DNA from: Paraspadella gotoi
Taxonomy: Eukaryota; Animalia; Chaetognatha
Reading direction: 5' to 3'
Assembly (NCBI GenBank): GCA_051294375.1
Contig: CM119263.1
Location: 1,753,664 to 1,817,663 of the forward strand
DNA: 64,000 bases
Position 1 is the first letter of the stretch. Every line of letters begins with the position of its first letter. Shown in pieces: positions 14,156-34,874 of this stretch. Both the position numbers and the translations under genes were made by a program. Under the pieces are notes generated by a model. It made no database searches and was not told the DNA's origin. It worked only from the letters and a program-made list of their open reading frames with translations.

Positions 14156-16179
14156 CCCAGAATTAGCCTTCTTGTCTTTTCTTCTTTCTTTCTTTATTTT
14201 CCAGCAATTCCCTGGAACGACCATCGGCGCTGAAGCGGCGCGCCGCCTTCAAAGCGGGCGGCGCCGTCTTCGCCGTTGGCGACGCGGAGGAACGACTGGA
14301 GGCGTCGGGGCGACCTTCGGCTGAGGACGTGAAGAACCTCATTAAGTCGACGGTGGCCGCCAATGCGTTCGTCGCTGCTGGAAGGATGAAAAAGGTAAAA
14401 ATAATTATATTTATATATTTATATATTTATATATTGATATACCTATATCTTATATATCTTTTTAAGTTTTATTTATTTATTTGATCATTTTTTTCTTTCT
14501 TCGTTTCTTTTTTATTAAATATTATACAACTATTATTTTATTTATTTGTTTTTTACTTATATTTATTCATTTTTTACGCTCAAAATTTATCAATTTAATC
14601 GTATATATATATATATATATATTTATATCGTATATCCCTAAATACTTCCACTCATCCTTTAATCTCCTCCACCTAAGGTTCGCCTTCCCGACTCCCAGGC
14701 CCGTCGCAAGCATTTTCAATCCACTCTACCGGGCACCACCTCCGATTCTCTCGTTTCTCCCTCAGCCCCTTTACCCCTTCGAGTTCGCTATGTCCCTCAC
14801 ACGATTCACTCTCGCCCCAACCTCTTCCCTCCCTCCTTCTCTTCCTCGGGTCTTCCCGCCGAAACGCTGACTCAAGACTTGACCAGAATGTTGGGTGAGT
14901 TGAAGAGTGAGGTTTATTGCGAAGTGAGTGAGACAGTGGCATTGGTGAGTGATTGCTGAATGCTGAATGATTAGGAAAATAATACAACAATTTTTAGATT
15001 AAGTATGAATTTTTTCTTCAACAAAGTAGGCTGAGATGCTCAGTCGATATTACAACTAACAAGGTCAAATATTGTACAATGGAGAGAGAGAGAGAAATTA
15101 AGGTCAAGATTGAGATAGCATGTCACATTTTTTCGTCCACAACAAGTTTATTCTGCGATAACTCGGTCTACAATGTTAACTCAAACAATATTATGGCAAT
15201 ATAAAAACAATTATTATCCATTTTAGCCAACGCGGATCGCGGATCGACGAAGATTCTCGCTTTTGGTTCCACAGAAAAACCAGAAATTCTGGGCAACACG
15301 AAAACAGTGGGACTCAAGGCCGCGACATTGACGAGCGGTAATTAAGATTTTAAAAAAATCGAAAATGTAAACTTTTAATTTTTTTATTTAAAGTTTTTCA
15401 TCGCAATTTTATTGTTGAACAAATATAACAAATTTACTAATTTGAGCAAATTGAAAAAAATTTTATTCATGTACACATTACATAATTTTTGTAGTCTTAA
15501 CGCTAATACATTAATACAATAATTTAATAATTAATAATAATTAAAAAATAATAAAATCCTCACTTTTTCGATCTTCAACCGCCACGCCCACTTCATGACG
15601 GCGCAAAGGCCGTCACTATCTGATGACGGGGCGTCGACTCTCCGTCACCAACCGCCTCGACGTGGACGAGACCGAATTGGAGCAGCTGAGGGAAGAGGCG
15701 CGCCTCCGCGCAGTCTCTGTCCATTACGGCGTCGACGGGCGTCATCACGGCGCCAAGAGTCACGGGAGGGCGTCGGGGACGACGCGGGTGAAGAGGATTT
15801 GGATTTTGATTTGATAAAATGGAATAAATTGATTTAATCGATTTAATTAATTTTAATTAATCTATTCTCCCTCCTGCCCTTCGACCCTTCTCCCCCGCAG
15901 AGCACCATCCGTCACTCGGCGTCAACGAGCGTCGGCGCCGCAGACCCGACGCCGCAGGCCAGCGGCGATGCGGCGGCGGGAGCGGCGCCGCCGAATTCGG
16001 AGGGCGGCGCCGGCGGGACGACGCTGGGCGTGGTCGTCGGCACCGCTGAGGCGCGGTCGGCGTCGGCGTCGACGACGGCGTCCACTCAACGCCAACGACT
16101 CAAAGCGGAAAAAGAGAAATCGGCGGAAATCTTTGGCGAACACGATACCCTTCACCAGATGGTCATTTATCACAAGTGA
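12798..16179 (+). CDS. 8-exon gene for an uncharacterised, largely low-complexity protein (503 aa)
   Basis: Exons 12798-12958, 13384-13437, 13751-14071, 14205-14394, 14678-14894, 15227-15337, 15609-15787, 15901-16179. All introns are GT-AG and phases join into one 1512-nt ORF (MTQVRAAAA...poly-E...HQMVIYHK*). No domain recognised. Confidence 0.8.
13177..13288 (+). mobile_element. Internally deleted copy of tRNA-derived SINE-like family 1
   Basis: Shares tcatcagcggccattggtgc...gcaagtcattcgcct...cctagcagttaagagggacgggg with the copies at 22565, 55661, 55905 and 62565. Confidence 0.7.
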
Positions 16180-16212
16180 ACGACGACGACGAACTCGACG
16201 AACTCGACGACC

Positions 16213-16255
<43 letters not shown>

Positions 16256-16586
16256 AGATCATCTGGATCAAAAAGCGCATCGTGTTTGTGGTTAATTTTT
16301 TTTTTTTTTTTTCATTTGACTTTTGTTCTTGCTTGAAATTGACAAAATAAACTCGAAGAAACATACACATTTAGAAAAATATTGTATTCATAAATAATTC
16401 AATTTAAAATCAATCAGTATTGAGCAAAACTATTAACAGTATTAACACAGTTCGTTATTCCAAGAATCACAGTCACAAAAACATTGAATATTTTCGACGT
16501 AGTTTAAATAAAAACATTTTACAATCTAACAATGTATCACTTTGACGCAATAAAAGAAAAAGAGGAATCGAGACTCGAACCTGAGC

Positions 16587-19017
16587 TTATTTCATCTCGA
16601 TCTCCCACGAAAAGGTTTTTCGTCGCGAGGACGAAGGGCGATCGTCGCTGATCCAATCCGCGTCGTTCGCCGTTGGACGCGATTCGTCGTAGGATCTTTC
16701 TGCATTGTTGTTGTTGTTGATTTCCTCGCTGCTTTTGATGCTTGGGCGGCGGTTGTGGTCAATGTGGTTGTGGTCAATGTGGTTGTGGTCGCAGTTGTCG
16801 TCCTCGAAGACTGTTGTCGACGAAGAGTAACGCGACGAACTTCGCGACGAATCTCTCGGCGAATCGCCCCAAGTCTCGATGGAAGATTCGTCGAGATCCA
16901 AAGACTCATCGACGAACTTCTCGGCGTCCTCTCGGCGTCCTCTCGGCGTCCTCTCGGCGCCCTCTCGCGGCGTCGACGTCAGTGACAACGTCCTCAACCT
17001 CCTTCTCCGCGGCGTCGACCGTCGACCGGCGTCCTCGGAGAATCGTCTCGAAGACGCGATGTCGTCGCCAGCCGCGGCTGAGCCGCCCGGGCTGCTGAGG
17101 CTGCGCGAGTGCTTCTCCTCTTCCGACGACAGACTCTCGAAGGAAAAAGTAGAGTTACGTAGTTTAAAGTCGAGTTCTTCGTTTCGCCGCGAGAGGCGCA
17201 GTTTCTCTTCCGATTCGCGCTTCAGTTTTTTCCGCAGCTGCTGCAGTTCTCGCTGCATCGATCTCTCTTTCTCGATCTTATCGTTGAGCTGTGACCTCGC
17301 CTCTTCCAGCTGCTGATTGGACTTTTCGACATTGACGCTCGCGCTGCTGATCTCCGCGGCGGCTTTCTCCGCTTTGGCCTGCAGAGCCTCGATCCTCGAT
17401 CGCTGCTCACGAACTTCACCATTTTTTAAACTGAGGACAAAGTTCAAGGACTCGACTTCCTGGGTGAGATGGCAGCGGCTGCCTGCGGTGCAGACAGAGG
17501 ATGAGGAAGTGTTGGAGGTGTTGAAATGATCCTCAGGTGGTGGCGACTGAGTGGCAACATCTTTACGGCCTTTTTGAAAACAATTTTTACACTTAAAATA
17601 ATTAGATTCTTTAAAATAATAATTGCATACAATACCAAGTCCAACAAATTTAGTCTCCAACAAACTTTTCTCATAAAGAAGTGCTTGTAATCTATGACAA
17701 ATGATCTCACATTTTTCGTTTGATTCCTTCAACTCTGCCTCAACCATTTTCAGCCTCTCATCCTTGCTCTCCTCTCCATCCTTTCTCATCGCCTCTCGAC
17801 AATGAGCTTCGGCCAACTCGTTTCTCAGTAAGTCGACCTGTCTCCGTACCAATGCGCCCTCTCGCTTCTCCAGCTCGAGATCGCGTCTAATTTGCAAGTT
17901 CTTCCCTTGCTCAGTCATTATTTGACCCAAGATTCGGTCCAAATCGATGACGCATTTGCCCATCTCTGCTTCGTTGATCCCTATCTCTTCCTCAAGATCA
18001 AAAATGTGTTGATTCTTATCAAGGAGATCATCCTCAAGACGCTGGAGTTGTTCATTTTTATCGGCGACTTCTATCTGAAATCTTTCGACTTGATCGTCTC
18101 TGTCTTGAATCTTGCTGGCGGCATCATCGAGAGAGCGATCCCGTTCTTTAATCTTTTCTTCCATTTGCTTTAAAAGATCATTTTTATCATCGATCATATG
18201 AAATGCTTCATCCAGATGAAGATCTTTTACTTTGACTTCCTCCCTCAACTCAATTGCCTCTCGTTCCAAATCGACGAGTCGCTCGTCTTTTTTACGCATC
18301 TCGACCTCAGATTTTTTGATCGCTTCCGCATCACTTCGCTTGGTTTCTCTCGCTCTCATCGCCACTCGGCGCAGCAACATTCCGAGCAGCAGCGATGACG
18401 CTGTTGCCAACGTCGCTTCCTTGATCGCCCGCGTCTTTGAGACCTTTGCTTTCTGCAATCTCGACTCTGCCAATTCCAGTTGAGTCGTTCGATCAATCAA
18501 TTTTGCTTCGGTATTTTCAAACTTATTGGTTAAGCAGCTAATATTCTTGTTGGTTTCTTGCAATTGCGACGCCTGTTTCGCGAGCAGAGTGTCTTTCTCT
18601 TGCAGTTGCTCCGTTTGCAATTGCAATTGCGCCGTCAATTGTTCGATCTTTGCATCTAATTCCTCCGCTCGACGCCACAAAGAATCAGATTCTTTGACAA
18701 GTTTTTCCATCTCATTCGGCTGCAGTTGTTGATGTAGTTGCTGTGGTTGATGTAGTTGATTCTCTTGCTGAATCGAATGACGAACATCGCCATTGTGGAT
18801 CCCGTTTATGGATGACAAATGATTGCTTCCTTTTTCGCCTTTCGACGTTGTTTCGCCCTTAGATTTGCCCTTAGATTCGACTTTAGATTTGCCCTTAGAT
18901 TCGCCCTTGGATTCGCCCTTCATTTGGTTGTGGAGTACATTTCGATTAAATATTGATTTTTTTTCTCTTTTAGTTTTCGCAGCTGATTCGTTTTCTGTCG
19001 ATCCGTCATCGGCGAGC
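16587..19017 (-). CDS. Large terminal exon encoding a long coiled-coil protein (~780-810 aa)
   Basis: Uninterrupted ORF rich in E/K/L/Q heptads with a Ser/Arg-rich tail. Acceptor TTTTTCGTCAG| at 19018/19017 (phase 2); first in-exon ATG at 18923. Confidence 0.85.
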
Positions 19018-19098
19018 CTGACGAAAAATAAACGACATTTAAACTTAAAGGATAAGATTAATTCTATCTCCCCCATTAATACAATATTATTAATTCTG

Positions 19099-19236
<138 letters not shown>

Positions 19237-20054
19237 GAGAGACAGGTCCAAGCCTGATTTCAGTTACTCACGAATTAGTGTCCAAAGATTGTTTTTATAC
19301 CGACACATTACCCTCAGTAAAAAATAATGTATCGGTCATTTCTTTTTATATGGATTTAAAATCGTGAAATAAAGCATAATTTTCCTTCGACGGTTGTATT
19401 ACCCCAACATCCTGTTTAGTGTTTAATATCCAGTTTATTCACGATTAAGCAATAAATTTCATTTCGGAGCAGTAATTGAATCACCGGTTCTTTTTTTAAA
19501 GAAAAATTGTAACTCTTTTTTTCCCCAACCCTTATTGAAAGTGTAGCGATTTACTGTGCGGGTTTTATCAGTAAAGGTTTTAGACAGGGAATTGTCACAA
19601 TTTCGTCAATTCACTTGCCTCAAGAATAAACGTTTAGTTATTTTTAAAAATGGACAAATAATAACTTGGGATATAATTTATGGGTTTATAGGATTAATTA
19701 CCACAATAAAAATACAATAAAATGGATTTAGATTTAAAATGAAAGTAGAAATCTTAACGAATTAGATTTAGTTACAAAGAGTACCAATGTTTTTTTATAG
19801 CTTTTTTGAGAATATACTATATTCCGTCGATCGATGAAAAATCTCGAGAATTAAATTTCAAATTGATGCAACTCGATCTTGCCAGCTGCTGCTGTCGTTG
19901 CCGCAGCTGCTGTTGTTACCGCAGCAGCTGCGGTTGCTGTTGATGTATTAAGTATTTATTTTGAATTATTTCAATATGAACGACCTAACAAAAAAGTATT
20001 AAAGTTTAAGTCTATCAAAAAATAGAATACGATATATAAAATTATATATTCCAT

Positions 20055-20130
20055 GTATGGATGGGAAAAGTAAAAATAGATATTTAGCCCTTGTTGACCC
20101 TGAAGTGCTAAACTGAGAGCTCAGTGGCGT

Positions 20131-20135
<5 letters not shown>
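20055..20135. repeat. Short dispersed repeat abutting (TC)n; second copy at 22701-22778
   Basis: atgggaaaagtaaaa...atatttagcccttgttgaccctga..gtg..aactgagagctcagtggcgttctc followed by (TC)n in both copies. Confidence 0.7.
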
Positions 20136-20228
<93 letters not shown>

Positions 20229-20229
<1 letters not shown>

Positions 20230-20994
20230 TTTTTAAAGGGCGTGGCCTTGGCCATTTCGCAGCAACGTTGGGACAGAGATGCTGAATGATTTTCTCTGGA
20301 AACTCGGACGCCAAATTGGTTTCGACGACATCGTGGATGATCGAAGCGTCGATGCGGTCGCCTTGGAAACGAAGCAGCGGCGGCGCGGTTCCTGCTGGAC
20401 CTGCTGCGGTGAGTGCGGCGTCGAATTCCCCGTCCGCTGTTGCTGCTGCTTCCCGAGCGGTTCCCGACTGCCGCTTCTGACAATCCTTTCCGCGGAATCC
20501 CTCCGTGACGAACGTCCCGACGCTGCGACGATCCTTTGAGACGAATCGTCCTCGAGTCTTCGCCGCGAGGATCTCGATCTCAGCGGCGAATCGTCCTTGG
20601 ATTCTCGCCGCGCTGTCGGTCTTCGAGACGAAGAAGGAGACGACGAAGTTTTTAGTCTCGACGGCGAATCTGATCGTCGACGAGCCACTTGAGCATTTGA
20701 TCGTCGAGGAGTCGGGATACGAGATTTTCTCTCGGTTTTTTGAATCGTCGTCGTCGTCGTCGTCGTCGTCCTCTTCCCGTCGTCTGATTTATCGTCCTTC
20801 TTTTCCGCGGCCCGAGGACGATGAGGGTCAACTACGACGACGACTTCGGATGACGAGAGATCGTGCTGACCTTCGAGGGGCGTGGCCGGGCAGGGTCGGG
20901 CGCCGATGGAACCGGCCGTGCCATGCCGGCTCAATCTGGGAATCAAGGATACGTCGGGTCTTCTCGTCCCGGATCCGGGTCGATTCACCGTCAT
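20229..20994 (-). CDS. Probable upstream exon or ORF of the coiled-coil gene (253-aa Ser/Arg-rich disordered ORF)
   Basis: ATG at 20994 in AAACAATG context, GC-rich, SxIP-like motifs (SLIP, SRIP). Donor AAG|GTGAG at 20229, but the ATG frame stops (TAA 20235-20233) four nt before it. Confidence 0.55.
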
Positions 20995-21649
20995 TGTTTA
21001 GTTAATTGTATTTAAATATTAAGTTTCGTTTTGTTTCTTTGTTTGTTTGTTTTGTTTTTTTTTCCTTTTCGGCCGGTCCCAATTTAGTCGTAGTTTTCTC
21101 GCAGTCTCTCGCTCTCTTTCTCTCTCTATGTCTCGCTCTCTCTCGGCCTTAGACTTCAATTTTTCCGGACGCAACGCATTAAATCCGAACTGATTTTTGT
21201 TCCCTTGACTCGAAAATCCACAGAAAGACCGCAATTCTGGGTCGAGTCAAATTCGGAAGGAAATATAAGCCGGGATTTCTTTCTTTTTTTTTTCTTTTTT
21301 ATCTTGGAGTGGAATGACTCAAAAACCGATTGGAAAATACTACAGTTGCTTTGAATCATGACATTACGTAATGAGTGAAACGAATTTTTAATACGGTAAC
21401 GATAATCCCATTTTTTCGTAGCTGGCGAGAGACGAAACAAAAAGAAGAGCATTGATCAGGAAGGCGTTTTGTGAAGCCGAATTGAAATGATTACTGAATG
21501 CGATAAGAAAGTCAGGGGGCGATAAGGACTGTCGCACCTAGATGCACCTAGATGCACCTATCAAAGGTAGTTCGATATCTTGGAGGCGCTTAATTTAAAA
21601 ACTCTGAATTTGAATCGTTATGTCAAAATGTTATTTAGAAATAAATATA

Positions 21650-22012
21650 TGAAATTGGTAAAACCAATATAAAAATTATCCATTCATTTAATAAATAAGC
21701 TATCTTGCCCCTGACTTTGGACAGGCTTTGGCGGTTTAAGGCCTGCCTCACTCTTACAAGATAGTGGGTCCCTGCAAGCTTTCAATCAAGACTTTTTCAC
21801 AGTCTCGTTTATTAACTCCCAGAATACCTGGCTTTCCTATCAATGAAGTGGTATATTATTTCAAAAAATGTTTCAATTGTATGAAAATACCACTCCCTTA
21901 AGTAATAGATCGGGGGAATACTATATTGTACTCCGCACTAGCATCAAAATAGAAGGAGCTAAATTTATGAAATTAGTACAACCAATATAAAAATTATCCA
22001 TTCATTCAATAA
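21650..22012 (-). mobile_element. Dispersed ~320-bp repeat family 2: full copy plus head-to-tail partial copy
   Basis: 21650-21944 is the reverse complement of 40069-40372. 21945-22012 repeats the unit's end, giving a tandem junction. Confidence 0.75.
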
Positions 22013-22564
22013 TATTTGAGAATGATCCGAAAGTTAGATTCCAGGAAGAACGGGAAAAAAGAACTTTCTTAATGATTTTCTGAAGAAAGGTTTTGTTCAG
22101 AAAATGTTTATTTTGATATATGTATCATCCCGAACCACAACAACAACAACGACGACAACAACAACATCGGATTCTGTCACAAAGTTTTAGAGCCATCACT
22201 TCTAAAACTGAGTTTGTTGCCAAAAGGCAAACACCATTTAGAGAGTTCACTTTTCTTTCACGATCATTCATTGTGACTGTGTTCAGTGTTCAGTGTTCAC
22301 GTGAATCACGCGTAACCTCGTTTTCTTTTTACGGTCAATCGAATTGATTATCATTGGCCATACTATTTGCATCCTTCATTGCTTCGTAATATTCTTTTTT
22401 CTTGGGTGCTAGGTTTTATTTAGTTTCATATTGCTTTCTTTGTAGTAGTATTTCATTTATATATACATTATCTCCCCAATGAATGGTTATCAAATCTCTT
22501 ATTTTCTTACGATTTGTAAGTAAAGGGAACTCAGAGCACGCACTCTCTCTCTCTCTCTCTCTCT

Positions 22565-22700
22565 TCGGATCAGGCTGTAACACCGTGTTACAGGCGGATC
22601 AAGCGCCCCGTCCCTCTTAACTGGTAGGCGACCACCTTTGAGTGAGTAGGCGAATGACTTGCCTCCGGCACCAATGGCCGCTGATGAACGGTTGGTGGAT
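22565..22700 (-). mobile_element. tRNA-derived SINE-like family 1 copy
   Basis: Matches 55975-56095 on the same strand. Confidence 0.7.
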
Positions 22701-22771
22701 GGATGTATGGGAAAAGTAAAAGAATATTTAGCCCTTGTTGACCCTGATGTGTTGAACTGAGAGCTCAGTGG

Positions 22772-22822
<51 letters not shown>

Positions 22823-23151
22823 GTATAGTTTTAAATGTTTTTTAGATAATTAATTGCGGTTATATAATTGGAGAATGGTTGTACGTAACGTATAATCCGT
22901 TAATTATTGATTACTAACACTAGTTTAATTTACAACGGAAGATCGGTAATAATTCAATGATGAAAGAATATGTATTAACAACACAGAGTGTAGATAAATT
23001 ATGACGTGTAGCATTCAGATATTAATCGGCAATATCAATTAAGAATCTTGATGTTTTACGGATACACGAGTTTCATAATTATTATGAAAGTAGTAGACTT
23101 AAAAACCATTCTGTATCAAATTGTTGAATTTAATGTGCTAATACATACCAG

Positions 23152-23201
<50 letters not shown>

Positions 23202-23844
23202 ATCAAAATCTCTCTCTTTACAAAATTATGCGTCGGAAAACCGGTTTCTCTTGAAACTTCGTACTTGTAAACTAAAGAACATTGACACATTTAATTCGAC
23301 CAAGATTTTTTTAAATTTTTTTAGAATTAAAAAAAACTTATATTATAGTTCTATGTCTCAAGTTTAACCCTTTCCTTATTTTTAAAGTTAAACTTGTAAT
23401 CATTTGTCGATGACAACTGTCAGCCAGGACAATGTCATCGCTCAGTTAGTAAATTTCGCGTAATGAAAAATTGGGTTTTGAGCCAGAAACAAATCCGGTT
23501 TATCTTCGCTCGATCAAGTTTCGAGATGAAGAAATAAAGAGCCCAAAGACAACGTGGTCCTTTTTTCTTTGACTCTGTCATTGTCTTTATCTATTATACT
23601 TGTCCTTGTCCTTATTTCTCTTCATGGTCGATTTATCGAAAACAATTTATCCGATGGGTTTCAGAGTACAGTCTACAAATATTTTAAACGATTAAAACAA
23701 TAATAATATTTTATTTATTTAAAACGACGAAAATACGCCGATGGCTCTTATGAAAAAGTTAAACGCCATTCTCATGACCTCTCACACAATGGAGATGACG
23801 CTTTACCATTTCCCAATTCACGCGAGCGCGTAGTGTGAATCGAA

Positions 23845-30609
<6,765 letters not shown>

Positions 30610-30619
30610 AAGAAAGAGA

Positions 30620-30679
<60 letters not shown>

Positions 30680-31105
30680 CATATTTAAAATCAGTAACAA
30701 TTAAACTTTCCAAAAACTGCTGTGAATTGTTTTTTATGCCAAACTGATTCCCTGAATTTGAAATACATTACATTGTTTGTTGAACCAACAAAATCTCGGC
30801 GAATCTAAGTCGTAACACGTGGAATCTTATTTTTTCACAAGTTTTTCTTTTATTTTCACTGGATGACAACTTTTTTTTTCGTTTGCGGTTTTTGATGGCG
30901 AGAAAGACGACGACGACGACGATTTAGCAATGATCGGTTCTTTCGGATTTTTCGCCTAAAAATTTTAGGTCTTTAGCGAAACAATTTTACCCTTTTCCTG
31001 AACTATAATTTATAGCATTATGCCGTTTAACTCAATCGATCAATATTCGAAAATTTTTAAATTCATTATACATTTTAAAATAATCATTAATCTATCGACG
31101 GAAAA

Positions 31106-31773
31106 ATGAGGCGCCGATTGTTTCGTATTTTTATTTTTCTTCTCGGCATCACCATTTTCATTTGTTCGTTCTCGCCTTTGAAGAACCTTTTGTTCGACGA
31201 AAACCACTACCGCCGCCTTTCGAGACTCGAGAGAAGATTGGCCAACGAGGAGAAACTGGAAAACAAAAGGCTGGAATCCAAGTCGACCGGCTACGAAGTT
31301 TTTCAAGTTGGCTGCCGCATTCCCGCCTTTGATCCGTTCGATCCCACACTGAGAGGCATCGTATCAACTGGTTTGGTCGCTGTATTTTATTTAGTATTTA
31401 ATGCTGCTTTATATTAGTATTTTATTTAGTATTTAATGCTGTTTTATATTAGTATTTTATTTAGTATTTAATGCCGTTTTATATTTGAGTTAGAAATTTA
31501 GTATCAATTGAAAAGATATAACGCACTGGACATAGTTTGTGTTTATTTTAACGCAAAAAGACATAGAGAGAAGCGACAAACTAAATTTTCTAATATGAAT
31601 AAATGGATGTATAAATAGATGAATAAATATATAAATGAATAAACATGTCAATAAATAGAAGAAAAAATAGACGTAATAAAAACAATAAAAGTCTAAGCTT
31701 ATTGTTTATATATTATTTGCTCAAAGCTCATTCTAACAATAAGCCTCTCAACTTCCCCTCTCTCTATTTCCCG

Positions 31774-31804
<31 letters not shown>

Positions 31805-34800
31805 CTTCTTCTTCTTCTTCTTCTTCTTCGTCCCCAGCGCGGCGCCAAGCCCGGTGCTCGGGCCCGCAGCACTTCGTCGACGCCCTCCCTCTCCGCGGTG
31901 CCATCATAATTCGACGCGAAAGGGCCGAAGATTTAAGGATAGTACTTTGCCGAAAGGAAAATTCGCGGTGCCAGGGAGACGATCCCCGGTGCCGAAAGGA
32001 AATTTTGCGGCGCGGGGAAGAAAACGACTCGACCTGGTGGTGGAAAGATGAGGGAGAAGTAAGGATCGGAATCGAGGTAAGTTTAGAGAGAAATATATTA
32101 TTTAAAAAACTTTAATATATCACAATATGATGTAATATAAGAGAGTCTTGATTGAAAGCTTGCAGGGACCTGCTATGTCATTATCTTGTAAGATGAAGAC
32201 CTTAAACCACCAAAGCCTGTCCAAAGTCAGTGGCATAATAGCTTATTTATTAAATGAATAGATAATTTTTATATTGGTTGTACCAATTTCATATCACAAT
32301 ATAATATAATATGGTCCTTTTGATAAAATTTTTATTCAAACAGTAACAGTTGAACATATATGTCACTTCATTGATAGGGAAGTCAAGTAGTCTAAGTAAA
32401 TTAACTAGGCTTTGAAGGAGCAATGATTAATAATTAATTGCAGAGTCTCGCCATAGTATTATCTTGTTAGATTGATGGAAGCCTTTACCTACAATTGTCT
32501 GTCCGAATCCCAAATTCAAGGGCAAGACAGTGAAGACACTTCATTTATTGAATTAATAGATAATTTTATTGTGCCGGTACAATGTAAATATTTCACAAAA
32601 GATTAAGATTTGTAACGAACTCTTTTTCCATTCATTCTTATCCTAATTACGCCACACGAGACGCCCGTCGAGGCCGATTTCATCCGCGTGACGTGCGTCA
32701 ACGTCAACGCCACACGATTCGTCGATCACGTGACTTTGGGACATCGCGACGCCGACGAAGCGAAAAAGAAGCGATGGTTGAGGAGAAGGAAACGGACAGA
32801 TGGAGAGACGGACGGATTCGTGGACGGACCGACGGACATCCATCATCAGAAAGACAGACTGCACGCCAGCGTTTTGTCCGATTCGTCGAAACGGGCAGGC
32901 CCCGCCCGACCGTCCCCGCCCGACTCGCCCGCCGACTCTCCGGCCTTCGACGTTCACCTTATCGGCATCGACTCAGTCTCTCGGCAAAACTTCATCCGGC
33001 AATTTCCGGCGACCCGTCGGCTGTTGCTCGAGGATCTCGGCGCCATAGAGTTCTACGGGTAGGGGAATGAGTTGACGTTGTTGTCGTTGTTTTTGTTGTT
33101 GTTGTCACGATCCTTCTCATCCTGCTCTTCCCTCTCCGGGTTGTTGTTCTTAGTTGCGCCGCGAATTAATCGGGAAGAAACTCTATGAGACACATTTCGG
33201 TCGGTCTGTCGGTCGGTCGGTCGGTCCGTTTGGTATGTCTTTCCGTCCGTCTGTCCCACTTACGTTAAAGATGCTCATAACTCGCCGATAGTTAGTTGCT
33301 CATTTGTTAAGACAGAAAAAAACCTCAAATCTAAGCGACTACTAGCGCCGCCTGAGGAAATCATAAAACTATAAAGAATAAAAGACGGGTTAAGAAAGTG
33401 ACTGCGGCGCAACACAACATTTGAATTTCCGTTCTTGTTTCTGGTTGTGAGTGTTGCGGTCGTTGTCTTTAACCCCTCCCCCGCATCAGATACAACAAAG
33501 TGGCGGACAACACTCTTCCCAACTTAATAACGGTTTTGACGGGAAAGTTCTTGGAGGATCTCCCTTGGAACGAGAGGATGCGGCGAAGGCCCTTTGACTA
33601 TTATCCGTTTGTGTGGAAAAACTATTCAAAAAACGGGTGAAATGATTTATGAATAAATAAGGTTATAATTAGATATATATAAAAAATAGGTATGAATTAG
33701 TCAATGAATAAATAAATACTTATATATAATTAAATGAATATAAATAAATAAAGAGATTAAATAAAAAAAGATTCAATTTTAACCACTCAATCAATGATTG
33801 AATGACGCTTAATGATTCTATCTATTAGTAATCCAATCCATCAACTCTTTTCATTAATCCATTAGTCAATCAATCAATCAATCAACCAATCAATCCTTTC
33901 CCACAGTTACTGGACGATCTTCGGCGAGGAAGCGTCGCCGCTCCACACGTTCAATTTCAAAAAAGCCGGTTTTTGGCGCAGACCGACCGATCATTACTAC
34001 AGGCCCTTCGCTTTGGCTTTGGAGGAGAGCGGCCTTAAGAATGACGAAGGGAAATGCTTCGGCGAAAAATTACAGGTTACCGATTACATTTTATGACTTA
34101 AGTCACGAACAGAATATCAAAGAAAAAATAAAAATTTAAATATTTCCATTTATTTGAAAATGAAATGATTTATTCAGTGAGGAAATGGTCATTCAACGTC
34201 GCGTTTAAAAGCACCACCATTCAGAATTACACTTCCCGGATCAACATTTTTTTTGTCTGAGGATTTAAAAAATTTTTGTGAACTTTATTATTAACATCAT
34301 AAGTTTAAATTTTCATTCGGGTTATTAAAAATTGTATTTGATAAGAAAATTTGAAAAACATAAATAAGTAACAAACTGTATCATAGGTTAAAATTAGGTA
34401 TGAATTTGATATAATTTAATATGAAAAACAAAAATAAGTAAAAAACTGTATCATAGGTTAAAATTAGGTATAAAATTGCTTTCATGCAAAATAATATTTT
34501 CGAGTGATGAAACAATTTAAAAAACAAATTCAAAATAACATTTTTCAAATAAGAGACAATGATTTTAACTTGATATTATTTGTTATTTTTTATTGCAAGG
34601 CCTCATTTTTAGATTAACGAGATTTTCTCCTCCTCGTTCAGTCCGAGTGGCTCTTCAACTGGTTCCTCAATTGCCTTCGCTCCCACAAACGTGATCCAGT
34701 TTTCTCGCTCATCTGGACGAACCAGTTGACGCACGGGGATTTGAACGGAGCCGGACTCGCCGACGGCCCCACCGAGAGGCTCTTTCGTGCCTTGAAGGAA

Positions 34801-34820
34801 GGTGAAGGACGGGGAGAGAG

Positions 34821-34874
<54 letters not shown>

